From Trichoplax adhaerens (Eukaryota; Animalia; Placozoa): DNA of 64,000 nt. Shown here piece by piece: positions 53,201-64,000 of this stretch. Each line of letters begins with the position of its first letter. The stretch's first letter is position 1. The stretch covers positions 1,166,106 through 1,230,105 of the forward strand of contig NW_002060950.1 of NCBI RefSeq assembly GCF_000150275.1. Reading direction: 5' to 3'. The notes beneath the pieces were generated by a model that was not told the DNA's origin, did no database searches, and worked only from the letters and a program-made list of their open reading frames with translations. The translations under genes and the position numbers were made by a program.

Positions 53201-56200
53201 TCTAATTACGGAAGAGTATCTAATTACTTACTCTGCAGTAAGGCCGACCGGAAGTGGTACTAGGGTACGAAAGAGACGAGGGTAACTGCGAATTTCCTAA
53301 GAAGGAATGGACGTACAACCAATACAGAATTAGTGCATATCCCTTGAATCCAAATTTTGATTAGTTCTACCAACCTGTTCTACCCTTTCATCGATAAAGC
53401 ACTTATAGTATGCCCATAAATAATCATCCCAAGATTCGCAAACTGGTATCACCTATCCGAACGATATACCGGAATGGTTATCATCATACATCATATGCAA
53501 AATTAAATTATGGCTAAAAAGTAAACCTTTTCCAAGTTCCCACTCAGGCAACCATAGAGCGCCCTCTCATAACGATTAAATTTCGCCTAAAATATAATAA
53601 TACTTATATGTAAGAAGTTGTGTTCCTACATATCGTCGCTTATGTAAATTAATGTAAACCAATGCCGTGGTAAGGCACCTGCTCCGAAAGTTGCCAACAG
53701 GAACTTTTCCAGATATCACGATTGGGGTTACCCTTTACTTCGTATAATGTTCCATCCTGTGGGACTTTCATTGTAAGATAAAAAATGAAAGAAACATTAG
53801 CAAATGACTGACCTGTATACATATTGAGTCTCAAAGAGTCTAAATAGCATTAAGTTACGATCATCACAAATAGGTTCTTACCACTTTCTAAATTTTCATC
53901 GTGCCACATTTTCCATCCTTCCAAAGTAGCAGCCCTCCATGCTTGACCGCATCTTATACATACTTCTTGAGCCTATTACCATGTCAAGTACAATAAACGT
54001 TATTTCGCTAATGATAACTGTTACTAAGGATTTACAAATTGTCCATATAAAATTAATATATTAAAGCTCCTAATATCCTCAATTTCAACCTTGGTAACTT
54101 GTCCTGCTCTAACGAGTCTAAAAATATGCTTCAGTAGTCTAGCATCATCCTCCTGTAATTTTGTAGCATTATTAGTATTAACATCAACATTTCCTTAGCA
54201 CTTTATATAACTGTCTCACCTCATCGAGGTCCATCAAAGGAAGCCCACTTCTTATAGGTGCGTCAGGATCCTTGGAATACCATCAAATACAAGAGAGTAG
54301 TCGTATTGTAAGTGTTAATTTTAACCTTATTATTAGCGGTCATAGGCAATATACTTCATACCATTTCCTTGACAACTGTGGGAGAGCCAAGCTTAGGGAA
54401 GAGCATATCATGCAGAGTATTTTCCCTAGTGCAAGATTATTATATTATTATTATGGATTTTACTCCATGGATACTAGTTGTTATACAAATGTAAATGGTA
54501 ATTTTTATGTAGATAATATCACAGTTGAAACCTACCAACACACTTGACGGGAAAAGTACTCCACTTTCTCATGAAAATTGACCAATTCATCGCCAGCATT
54601 ATTCTCCAGCCAATCAATAACCAACTGTATTCGATAGTATAAATTAGAACGATAGGATAAGTTGTAAGGTTGAAACTTAAACGCAACAGTTACTAGACTC
54701 TAACCTGTGCTTGTCGTATTTCACCATCTTTATCGTACAGGTTATCAACAATTTTTTTATCGGACTGATTTTTTATCTAGATTGTAGCAGAAGTATACAC
54801 GATCTATTAATAACCTAAGCGGCACAAACAGAACTATCAAAAATCTACTTACCAAATCTAGTAATGAATTTTCTAAATCCATACGTTCTTCAGACGATAA
54901 CAACCTGTCCCTGTTGTAACAATTCAAATTCTTACTTCATATTACCGTTCGACTATGATACAAGCGCTAAACAATAATAAAATCTTAACTTACTTATATA
55001 TTGAATGTATTAAACGCCACGTATACTTTTCTGACTTTAATTCAGTTATCTTTTCTTGTAAAATTTGAGATCTAATAGCCATGCAACAAGTCAATTAACA
55101 TTTGTTTATTGGATCTTTTATAGTGATAGTTTGGAAAGCATAACATAGTATCGTTTCATACCTGCGTTGTCCAGGTACTAATTTCTTGACTGCACTTTCC
55201 AACATAAGTAGATGTTCATGACAAATCTGTGTTAAGGTTAAATTAAATAATTTATTAAGCCAGGTGGCGTAGAACGATTTACTCTTGTATTTATCATTAT
55301 CAATTGTAAATCGCAGAGGTGTTGATTAACATTTTGACCTTTTCATACTCCTTAACAGCTTCGAGAGGGTCTAACGTTCTAGTACTTGCAGTGTATATTT
55401 TAAAGAAATCTTCAATCAGCCCCGAAAAATCTAGGTAACGCAAGTTGAAGAGTTAAAAATTGTAAAACTATTTGGATAAGAATTTCCTATTAGACAATAC
55501 GGTAGTACATTCATCTATTCTTTAAACACTACTAGGTAGTAACCTGTCTCAATCTGATCAACATAATCTGTCACTGCCCTGTCATCCTTTCTTGAATTAA
55601 TAGCATCCTAGAGAACCAATTAAAATATCAGTCATAAACATTTCCTTGCAGGCTCATATTTTGAACAGTTTTACTTTGTAAATACAAATAATCTTTTAAC
55701 AACATCACCGGTATTAGAATGTAGATACTTACTTCATCTAAACTTATTTCCTTGGTAACAATAGTAGGTGCAGTGAGACCTCTGTGATCCATAAGCATTA
55801 CAGAATCCTATAGCAAGGTACAATGTAAATAACTTATAATTAGTCGGTTACCATGGAAAATTTCCAAATTCATAGCATTTTATACTTGATCAATACTCTT
55901 AGTCGTAGTTTGGCTGTAAAGTATGTCATAACTGTATTGAGTATATCATTAAGAAACTTCTTCAATTCACCTGATATGCGACAGGTCCTAATTCCAAATT
56001 CTGAGATGAAACTGTTTGTATAAACGTTTATGCTTTACTAAGTTATTCAGTTAGCACTAAATAAAGTCGACGCTGTAGTTTCATGTGATTGTACATCATT
56101 ACTTACAAGATGATTGGCTCTTATCCAATTCCGATGGTTTCGAAAATGACTGTTGGAGTGCTAAAGAACATGTGAAGATTATATGGCCGACAGTTCAAAC

Positions 56201-57341
56201 ACAGTGTCTACTCATTTCCTATACTTTTCATTACACAATAATTGATAAGGCATACCATTTATTGTAATAATAATTAATCATAATCTTACATTGGCGAATC
56301 TCGAACAGTCTATTTTCAATTTTTTTGATGTCCTAATCATCAATTTCAAAAGTGTATAAAGGCTTATTAAATATGTATCTAAGCTTTATGTTGAGTAAAG
56401 TGATGTCGCATAGTTGCTTCGATGCGATTGCAATTCTAGTTCTGCTTATACTAATTATAATTATCTACGTGTATGATATTACTTTACTGTAGTTACTCCT
56501 CAACAGAAATACTCTAGATATATGAGGATCAAATCCAAGAAAACGGCTTACTTTGTTACTAATAGCAGGAGATTTAAATTGATCATTTTCGAAATCACTA
56601 AAAGCAAAGATAAATGAATGATGATGTAACCAATGCAAGTGGTAGGTATCAAAATAGCAAATTAAGTGATGGTCTTACCTCTGATGCTTCTTGCTACTGA
56701 AAGTTACGCTGGGAGTGAGCTCCCTCTATGGTCAATAACAGTATCAAAATAAATACAAAATTAAAATGAATGAACAACCGTTGATATGTTAAGCAGTGGC
56801 TAAATTAAATCAATTCATCATTTGCAAATAGTGGTACAGTATTATACACTGTTCTTAGCAGCATTATGCGTAGTAAAAGTAATTTTCCTAAAATGAAGGT
56901 GTGCAAAATGCGCGATGCAATTTGGAGATCCTAATCGATTATGCAGTACTAAACAGATCACCACACTAGATGTAAGTATGTTGTGATAACTGTGTACCAA
57001 TTGATTGAAATTTGTAGATGAGAAATAGTCGAATAACTTGTTTGATAAGTCAACGATGTCATTGCATGCCATTACGGGCTTTACTGACCACAAGGAAACT
57101 AGCGCCTGGTGATTATAATAGAGAGAGATTGCAAAATTGCAAACCTAGGGTACTATTGTTTTATAATTAGCATGAGTTTTCTTTAGTAACATTATTTCTT
57201 CGCCAGTAAGATACAAACTAGAATAACCTCAACTTTGCTGCTGATTCCTGACTCGGCATTTAATCCTGCTATTGATTTCTGTAAGTGTGGCGTTGAGAAA
57301 TTAGTAATTGAATTGCCCAAATTAAATTTGCTTTCCGCCAT
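50298..57341 (-). CDS. NUP107: Nuclear pore complex protein Nup107, many short exons
   Basis: Spliced translations include [71 protein letters not shown] and [13 protein letters not shown], all characteristic of Nup107. Likely ATG at 57341, stop at 50298-50300. The N-terminal exons are less certain. Confidence 0.93.
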
Positions 57342-58176
57342 TTTTTGCAAATCCGTCGCTTTGTCTATGGTCAGTTGACTAACTTGCAGTTACAGTACAG
57401 TACCCTACAGTAGCACTATGGTCATGGTACAATGTACTGTACTGTAATAACGCGTGTTGAAAGTTCGTCCACCCCTCATGGAGAAATCGACGCTACATGT
57501 GGATCAACTTCGAGCTGTAGGGTTTCCATTATAAAAGCTTATCCTTGATAGAGACATTGTACAGTCGAGGAATCCACAATTTGATTCAAGGCGGTCATGC
57601 TTTCTGCACACATACTGTACTGTACTGTACAGTGTACAGTACATCCCCCCACAGTGTACAGTACAGTAGTGTACTGTACACTGTGTATGCTTGAACCTTT
57701 CGGGTTCAGTTAAGCAAGGAAGGTGGATAGGTTGTAATCATGAAGTTGAGAAAAAAACGAGGTTGTAATAGACTGTATGTTATGCTGTAGACTTATTAAA
57801 AGGCAAGCAAGAATATAGTGAGTTACAGTACAGTACATATAATATAATGTTAGAGAGTATAACAGTGAAGAGAAGGTTAAGAGCTTTAGGATAATAATTA
57901 TGATTATGATTGAATACGTTTATGGATGTACATTGTACAGTGTACAGTACAGTACAGTACAGTGTACAGTACGTATTACAAATATTGTACTGTACTGTAC
58001 ACCTACGGTACAGTACAGTACAGTACTGTACTGTACTCTGCACTGGCGACAGATTTTGAAGGCCAAACCTCCAACACGACCTCGAGGCTCCAAAGCATAT
58101 TCAGTTTAGTAGCCTGGCTAAATAACCAACATTTTGAAATCATCGCGGAGAACTTTATTCACTATTTGTTGAGAAA
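57342..58176. promoter_or_regulatory. Divergent (bidirectional) promoter region NUP107/QDPR with TACAG/CTGTA arrays
   Basis: Head-to-head start codons ~835 bp apart. Arrays at ~57390-57445, 57612-57686, 57822-57838 and 57927-58037. Confidence 0.65.
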
Positions 58177-60636
58177 AGTAGGTGATAGCTCAATCTAGAT
58201 TGGAATAAGGATACAACATGCTACTCATCAGTATTGTATTGAAATGGATTGATTGTTTCTTTGTTCTCCAGTGACAAAAAAAGTGTTGGTTTATGGAGGA
58301 AAAGGAGCTCTTGGTAGTGCCCTGGTGACGTTCTTTCGTTCCAAGCAATGGGTATGCGAGCGATCGGATACAACGCATTCATTTTATACAACGACTAGTT
58401 TAGTTGGTAACTGCATTAGTGCCTGCTTGTAAAGGAGATATAAAAAAAAAAAGGATGGATGTAATATAGGACTGTATAGTAGGTTCACCAATCATTCACT
58501 GTTGACTGTTGACAATAGGTTACCAGGTATTCATACATTTGATCTGTTATAGTGTTATTCTTGAACAGTCTTAAAAATTGAAACAGGCTCTTGCTTATCT
58601 TTTCCATCAAGTTCCTAACAATGCTAACATCCTGCATTGATACAGTAGTTTTGATGCCGAAATACGATCTGCTCTGTATGCACTACAGCTAATCTATTCA
58701 GCAGGCAGCAACACGAGTAGTCCATGAGTACAGGTGTTAGTGTGCTACCATTGCAATTGCTGTAAAATGGGTCCAATTCTACGACCAACATCTTACAATG
58801 GAAATAAAATTAATTTTCTTTTCTTCATCCAGCTACTTTATTCTCTCACATTACCTACATCATTAATCTTACTACGAATGCACTCTACAGCTTAGCTGTC
58901 CGTATGTAGTGCGTAGTAAAATTTCACATCGTCACCGATGCCGTTGTCGCCAAGGGAACATACTGTACTCCACTAGTGCGTACTGTATTACCAGATGCAT
59001 GCGATATGTCAAATAACCCATGTCTGAATCTGAATATATCTATGGTCAAATTACACTAGAGCTGAGAAGTATGATTTCACGAATAGGCCTGTTAAAGGTC
59101 CAGAATTAATGAAGTACACTGCAAATGAACCCTGTCTTCATATAGTTATAGTTTTTCTACTCACCAGTAGTTTCTTGCAATGGGAAATGGAATAGACGAA
59201 TGATTGAATCGCGCTACGCTATGAAGAGTCATACCCCAGATACAGAGTGGATACCACTCAAATTACAAAATAATATGGCACTCTTTAACATGATAAATTG
59301 CAATTTTATCGTCGTATGAATCAACCAATGCCTAAGTCGTGGCTATTGTTTTCATTTGATTGCATTTTCCTGGCTATTTTATAGTGGGTCGCTTCTGCAG
59401 ATATCTTTGAAAATCCTGATGCAAATGCTAACGTACTACTATCGGTGAATGATTCATGGGTAGAGCAAGAGCAAAAGGTAAGTCATATTAAATACTAACA
59501 ATCATAGTATGCAGCGGAAATTAAGTAGCGCATGAGTACAAAATTGAAGGATTAACATACAGTATGGAGTTTACAAGTAAAATCGAGTAAAATAGTGAAA
59601 CTACTTACATCTCAGTGGCCTATTAATGTAAAAAAATCGGTATCCACTAGAAACGGTTACCAAAGTTACGTAATCGCGCTTTTGATCTTAGGTCCTATCC
59701 AATTTGAGCGATCTTTTACAAGACGGAAAATTCTCTGCTGTTCTTTGCGTAGCTGGAGGCTGGGCAGGTGGAAATGCTGCTTCAGATGGTGAGATACCTA
59801 ATGATAATAATGGTGTCTGTATTGCCAAAGTAATAGTATGCAGTATGTGATATGGATCACCTTGCAATTGTAATATAGATTTAGTCAAGAATTCCGATTT
59901 AATGTGGAAGCAAAGTGTTTGGACGTCCGTAATTGCTGCTAAAATTGCTGCTAAATACCTAGAAGAGTATGTTTAATGCTTATTTTGATTATAAAATTAT
60001 CAATGTAAAATTTAGATGATAATTATAATTGCATAGACATCACTAAAATTGAACAGCTTACATTAAAATCTACTCAAATTGCAAGTCTTACTAAGACACA
60101 CCACCATTAAATAGCTATTCCTCTTTGTTTACTTTAGAGGCGGATTACTAACTTTGACTGGTGCACAACCAGCTTTGGGTGGAACTCCAGGCATGATTGG
60201 ATATGGATTGGCTAAAGCTGCCGTCCATCAATTAGTTAAGAGCTTAGCGAGCACAAACAGTGGACTACCAGCCAATGCTAGGGCCGTTGGCATTTTACCG
60301 TATGTTATATGAACGACAACAACAACAATTATAATGAAGAGATCTATAATTTAAAAGTACGCAATATTTTTTTCGGCAGTGTTACGCTTGATACGCCCAT
60401 GAACAGAAAATTTATGGCAAGTGCAGATTTCAGTACATGGACACCCTTAACGTTTGTTGCTGAGTAAGTTCTTGTTTTTATTTTGCAATTTCAATGACCA
60501 TTTTATTAATGTTATTATGACATCTTCATGTAGACTATTTCATGCTTGGATCTCCAATGAGAAGCCTGTTGATAACGGAAGTTTAATACAATTAGTAACT
60601 AAAGATAATGAAACTGAATGTGTTCCAGTTGCTTAA
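58177..60636 (+). CDS. QDPR: Dihydropteridine reductase (quinoid), SDR family
   Basis: Exons 58177(A), 58272-58351, 59385-59477, 59692-59788, 59879-59966, 60138-60299, 60380-60463 and 60534-60636 join in frame: [50 protein letters not shown] (YxxxK), [12 protein letters not shown] and DFSTWTPL. Confidence 0.95.
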
Positions 60637-61000
60637 TGTTATTGCTAGCTTTCACTTACTATCGATGAGAATCTCCAATCAAGTGTCAACGCAATATCTC
60701 ATCCGTATCGATGTTTATAACTGCTGGATATGTGCACATACCATAATTTATTAAATTTATAACTATTACATAATTGTAGGTTGTAACCTTCCAATTGCGT
60801 ACATAATACTATTCGGTTAACAAGCTAGCCTTATTGGCAGATAGTATCAATAACTGCATATTGATTAAGATTTGATGGGAGAATTTCACACTAACGTGAC
60901 TTACTGCGTTTAAATATATCGAACGTATGAAATATGTCGTTAAAGAGTAGCAAATAAAAGATGAAGTCGTTATCCGTCTTTTTATCGTGTTAATTAAATA

Positions 61001-61986
61001 AAATATATTAAATTACTGCATTCACCGTAAGTTGACAGGTTTAATGAAGTAACTATGTGATAAAAATTTAATTTATTATTTCAATTTTATTGATTATTAT
61101 AGTTTATTCAAATATGACAAAATTTTGTAGAGAAGTACGTACGTCAGTCCATATATTAATGAATTTTAATTTAACTTGTAAGCCAGTACTGTAATAGGCG
61201 GCCATGTGTATTTTAAATAATATTACTTATGAGTATTATACATTGTCAGTTTAAGCAATTATTGAATGATAAATAGATGCAGCATTGACTTTAATCAATG
61301 TCTAATAATGTAGAGCTTAGATTATTTATTTGAAACTACAATTCGTATTTAAAAACCGGTTTTAATACAATACATAAAACACGTGTCAGTCCATAAATTT
61401 AACACAGAAGGAGACATAACATTAGTTTTAAGCAAGACTAGAATATTTACAACACTCAGTAAATACAGCGGGAACTCGAAGAACTGCATCTTGAAATATA
61501 TTAAATCACTGCATTCACCGTAAGTTGACAGGTTTAATGAAGTAACTATGTGATAAAAATTTAATTTATTATTTCAATTTTATTGATTATTATAGTTTAT
61601 TCGAATATGACAAAATTTTGTAGAGAAGTACGTACGTCAGTCCATATATTAATGAATTTTAATTTAACTTGTAAGCCAGTACTGTAATAGGCGGCCATGT
61701 GTATTTCAAATAACATTGCTTATGAGTACTATACATTGTCAGTTTAAGCAATTATTGAATGATAAATAGATGCTGCATCGACTTTAATCAATGTCTAATA
61801 ATGTAGAGCTTAGATTATTTATTTGAAGCTACAATTCGTATTTAAAAACCGGTATTAATACAATACATAAAACACGTGTCAGTCCATAAATTTAACACAG
61901 AAGGAGACATAACATTAGTTTTAAGCAAGACTAGAATATTTACAACACTCAGTAAATACAGCGGGAACTCGAAGAACTGCATCTTG
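61001..61986. repeat. Tandem duplication 493 bp x2 (61001-61493, 61494-61986) covering the 3' end of the membrane protein gene
   Basis: aaatatattaaat.actgcattcaccgtaag...gaagaactgcatcttg repeated at offset 493, with roughly 10 substitutions. Confidence 0.95.
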
Positions 61987-63792
61987 GTCTTCTATTAGCC
62001 TATGAAAATATTCCAATATCTTGAGCAAATAATAAGTAATATATACAGGTAAAGCAAAGAGGCAGTCGCAACAATTATGTATTTTTCTCGGTCTGGTTGG
62101 ATCCTCGGGATCTTCGTCAGTATTATCATGTGATTTTCGACATAATAGTATACTGTAGATCAATAATTTATTAATATTATAAATGATAGTGGTTGAAGCA
62201 TAAATAAACGCAGTCGGATTGGAGAGAACTATTAATGTAAGGATCAGTAAAGCTGGAAACGCATTTCGTGGTATACCTACAACCACAATGAAGTAAATCC
62301 ATAGTAGGAGGTACCATAATGATAATAAAGTTAAAAGAACATAAGAATCGGTAATGTAATCAAAGAAGCGAATGGCTTTATCCATTTTAAGATAGTCTTC
62401 TTTTCGCTCTGTCATTTCTTCAGCCTCATCGCCCCCTTCATCAATAACTTCATCCATACATAAGATTAATAGTACTTCATAATAGCACTGTGAATTCATG
62501 GCTATAAAAAGTAACAGATTAAGCCAGGGTATAATGATGATCATAAAAATCATAAATCTACTTGTATGCGTCGTCCGATAATTTTCACTTGCTAAATTTT
62601 CCTCGTAGGCTTCAATACCAAATGCACATATCATAACAATAAATACGGCAATATTCATAATAAAGGCGATAAATAAACGAAAGCCGAATGGAATGCCAAG
62701 TGAGATTCCAGTAGTACTTGCAGCAGGATGTCGACTATGAAAGTCTTTCAGTAGTTTGTGTAACATAAATAGTAGCTCACCCACCAATGCAAAAAATTCA
62801 AGTATAGCGTAAACTAACAAGATTGTATAGATACTATCATACCAATTTTTCCCCCTAAAATATTTCTCAACCACAAAAGCCATTACATCACATATGATCG
62901 GTTGATATAATGCAAAAATATTAGCAATTCGCTGTACAAATTGAAATTTCCTCATAAAAACTTCGTCATCAGTTTTACGGTATGTTATGACTAGATCAGC
63001 TACTGCTAAGCCAGCAAAAACTACTGAAAATGTTATAGTAGTGATGTTAAATGCAAAATTTTCTGGTTTAATTGCAAATTCTACCACTGGAAATATTAAT
63101 GCTACCCAAAAATAGAAAAAATGGATACCCCGAAGAATTTTATTGGCTTTTGATCCATAAACTTTATTGAAAGAGCCCCAAAACTTGGCTACTTTTTTCC
63201 ATGCTTGAACTGTTGTAGCTTCTTCGTAGTTAGGTAAATAAGTATCATCAGCGCCTTCATTTTCTTGGATGGGAATAATGTCACTTTTACGCTGAATACA
63301 AGAGAGACCAGACCAATTTATATTTTTATTAAGCATCACATGCCGTACTTGTTGGTATTGATTAGCCTTCGAAGCCGTTGTCATCCACGAACTCGCTTGA
63401 CTAGCACGACTAGCACGACTAGCACGACTAGCTCGACTAGCTCGACTTGCCCGACTTATACTTCGTGATTGGCAGTCATTCTCTACTTCATTCCTGTCAT
63501 ATGGAGGTGGAGGAAAGAGTACATCAGGATCTCGATCAAACCTACCACCATCATTAACAGGAATAATTGACGACGGCTGGACTGTTGTGACTTTATTACC
63601 TTTCGAAGAAAATAAAACTGTCAGGTTGTTAGTTACAATTAGCAAATCAAATCTTTCAATTTGATTACACGCTACACCTGTATATTTATAGATTACAGGA
63701 ACTCCGTTATGCTGTAATCGCATGCGAGAAGTAAATAATGAATATCTATCACCCGAATCAAAATATGTCCGTAGTATATACCAATCAATCAT
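61921..63792 (-). CDS. Unknown multi-pass membrane protein (~8-10 TM) with PY motifs and RAS repeats
   Basis: 623-codon ORF in AT-rich DNA. Hydrophilic N-terminal ~215 aa with PPPPY, (RAS)n and LPNY, then many hydrophobic segments and Cys clusters near the C-terminus. The true start could be a downstream ATG or an upstream exon. Confidence 0.82.
   Translation of the reverse strand: MIDWYILRTYFDSGDRYSLFTSRMRLQHNGVPVIYKYTGVACNQIERFDLLIVTNNLTVLFSSKGNKVTTVQPSSIIPVNDGGRFDRDPDVLFPPPPYDRNEVENDCQSRSISRASRASRASRASRASRASQASSWMTTASKANQYQQVRHVMLNKNINWSGLSCIQRKSDIIPIQENEGADDTYLPNYEEATTVQAWKKVAKFWGSFNKVYGSKANKILRGIHFFYFWVALIFPVVEFAIKPENFAFNITTITFSVVFAGLAVADLVITYRKTDDEVFMRKFQFVQRIANIFALYQPIICDVMAFVVEKYFRGKNWYDSIYTILLVYAILEFFALVGELLFMLHKLLKDFHSRHPAASTTGISLGIPFGFRLFIAFIMNIAVFIVMICAFGIEAYEENLASENYRTTHTSRFMIFMIIIIPWLNLLLFIAMNSQCYYEVLLILCMDEVIDEGGDEAEEMTERKEDYLKMDKAIRFFDYITDSYVLLTLLSLWYLLLWIYFIVVVGIPRNAFPALLILTLIVLSNPTAFIYASTTIIYNINKLLIYSILLCRKSHDNTDEDPEDPTRPRKIHNCCDCLFALPVYITYYLLKILEYFHRLIEDQDAVLRVPAVFTECCKYSSLA
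63398..63457. repeat. 9 bp coding minisatellite (ctagcacga)n encoding Arg-Ala-Ser repeats
   Basis: ctagcacgactagcacgactagcacgactagctcgactagctcgacttgcccgac. Confidence 0.92.
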
Positions 63793-64000
63793 ATGTTTTG
63801 TTATTCTGATCTACATGATAAATGCTCATACTTCAAATTTTAGATAGCATAACGGTTAATATCTGAATACGAGAATTGTAACTTATTAGATCTTTCCATT
63901 CGAATATACGTACTATTTATACTATATGTAAAATAATTCTGTTGTCAGTTATGCATAGGAATAGTACATAAGCTGAAATAATAATTACTTCTGAAGCTCT

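Noticed and set aside
55225-55340. U12-type intron in NUP107 (ccttaac near the acceptor)
   Set aside because: Donor is gtcaaa, not GTATCCT/ATATCCT, and the motif is too close to the 3' splice site
57780-58198. Tyr/Cys/Thr/Val-rich ORFs
   Set aside because: Translation by-products of the TACAG arrays
63390-63520. Connexin43-like tail (PY motif plus RASS-type repeats)
   Set aside because: Low-complexity resemblance only; here the motifs are N-terminal and the protein has far more than 4 TM segments, without the connexin cysteine pattern
1-64000. CRISPR arrays, tRNA/rRNA genes, prokaryotic systems
   Set aside because: The sequence is intron-containing animal DNA; no repeat-spacer array or structural RNA gene was recognised by eye (tRNAscan-SE/Infernal not run)

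Overview
AT-rich animal (eukaryotic) genomic DNA with short GT-AG introns. The gene content, compact introns and near-intronless GPCR cluster fit a placozoan such as Trichoplax (inference). About 1-14.7 kb holds no supportable gene. About 14.7-31.2 kb is a tandem cluster of three intact opsin-like class A GPCRs plus one pseudogene. About 34.7-64 kb is a compact block: UBTD1/2 (+), SLK/STK10 kinase (-), NUP107 (-), QDPR (+) and an unknown multi-pass membrane protein (-). Most striking observation: the three intact GPCRs lack the retinal-binding Lys296 of TM7, but all four copies carry a Lys-Asp pair in TM2 that aligns without gaps to bovine rhodopsin G90/F91. G90 is a position where an engineered Lys can replace K296 as the Schiff-base site, so this may be a natural relocated-lysine photopigment family (hypothesis only). 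Other items: a QDPR start codon split by an intron, TACAG/CTGTA palindromic arrays upstream of housekeeping genes, UBTD-STK10/SLK adjacency as in human, a GC-AG intron, and several local tandem duplications.
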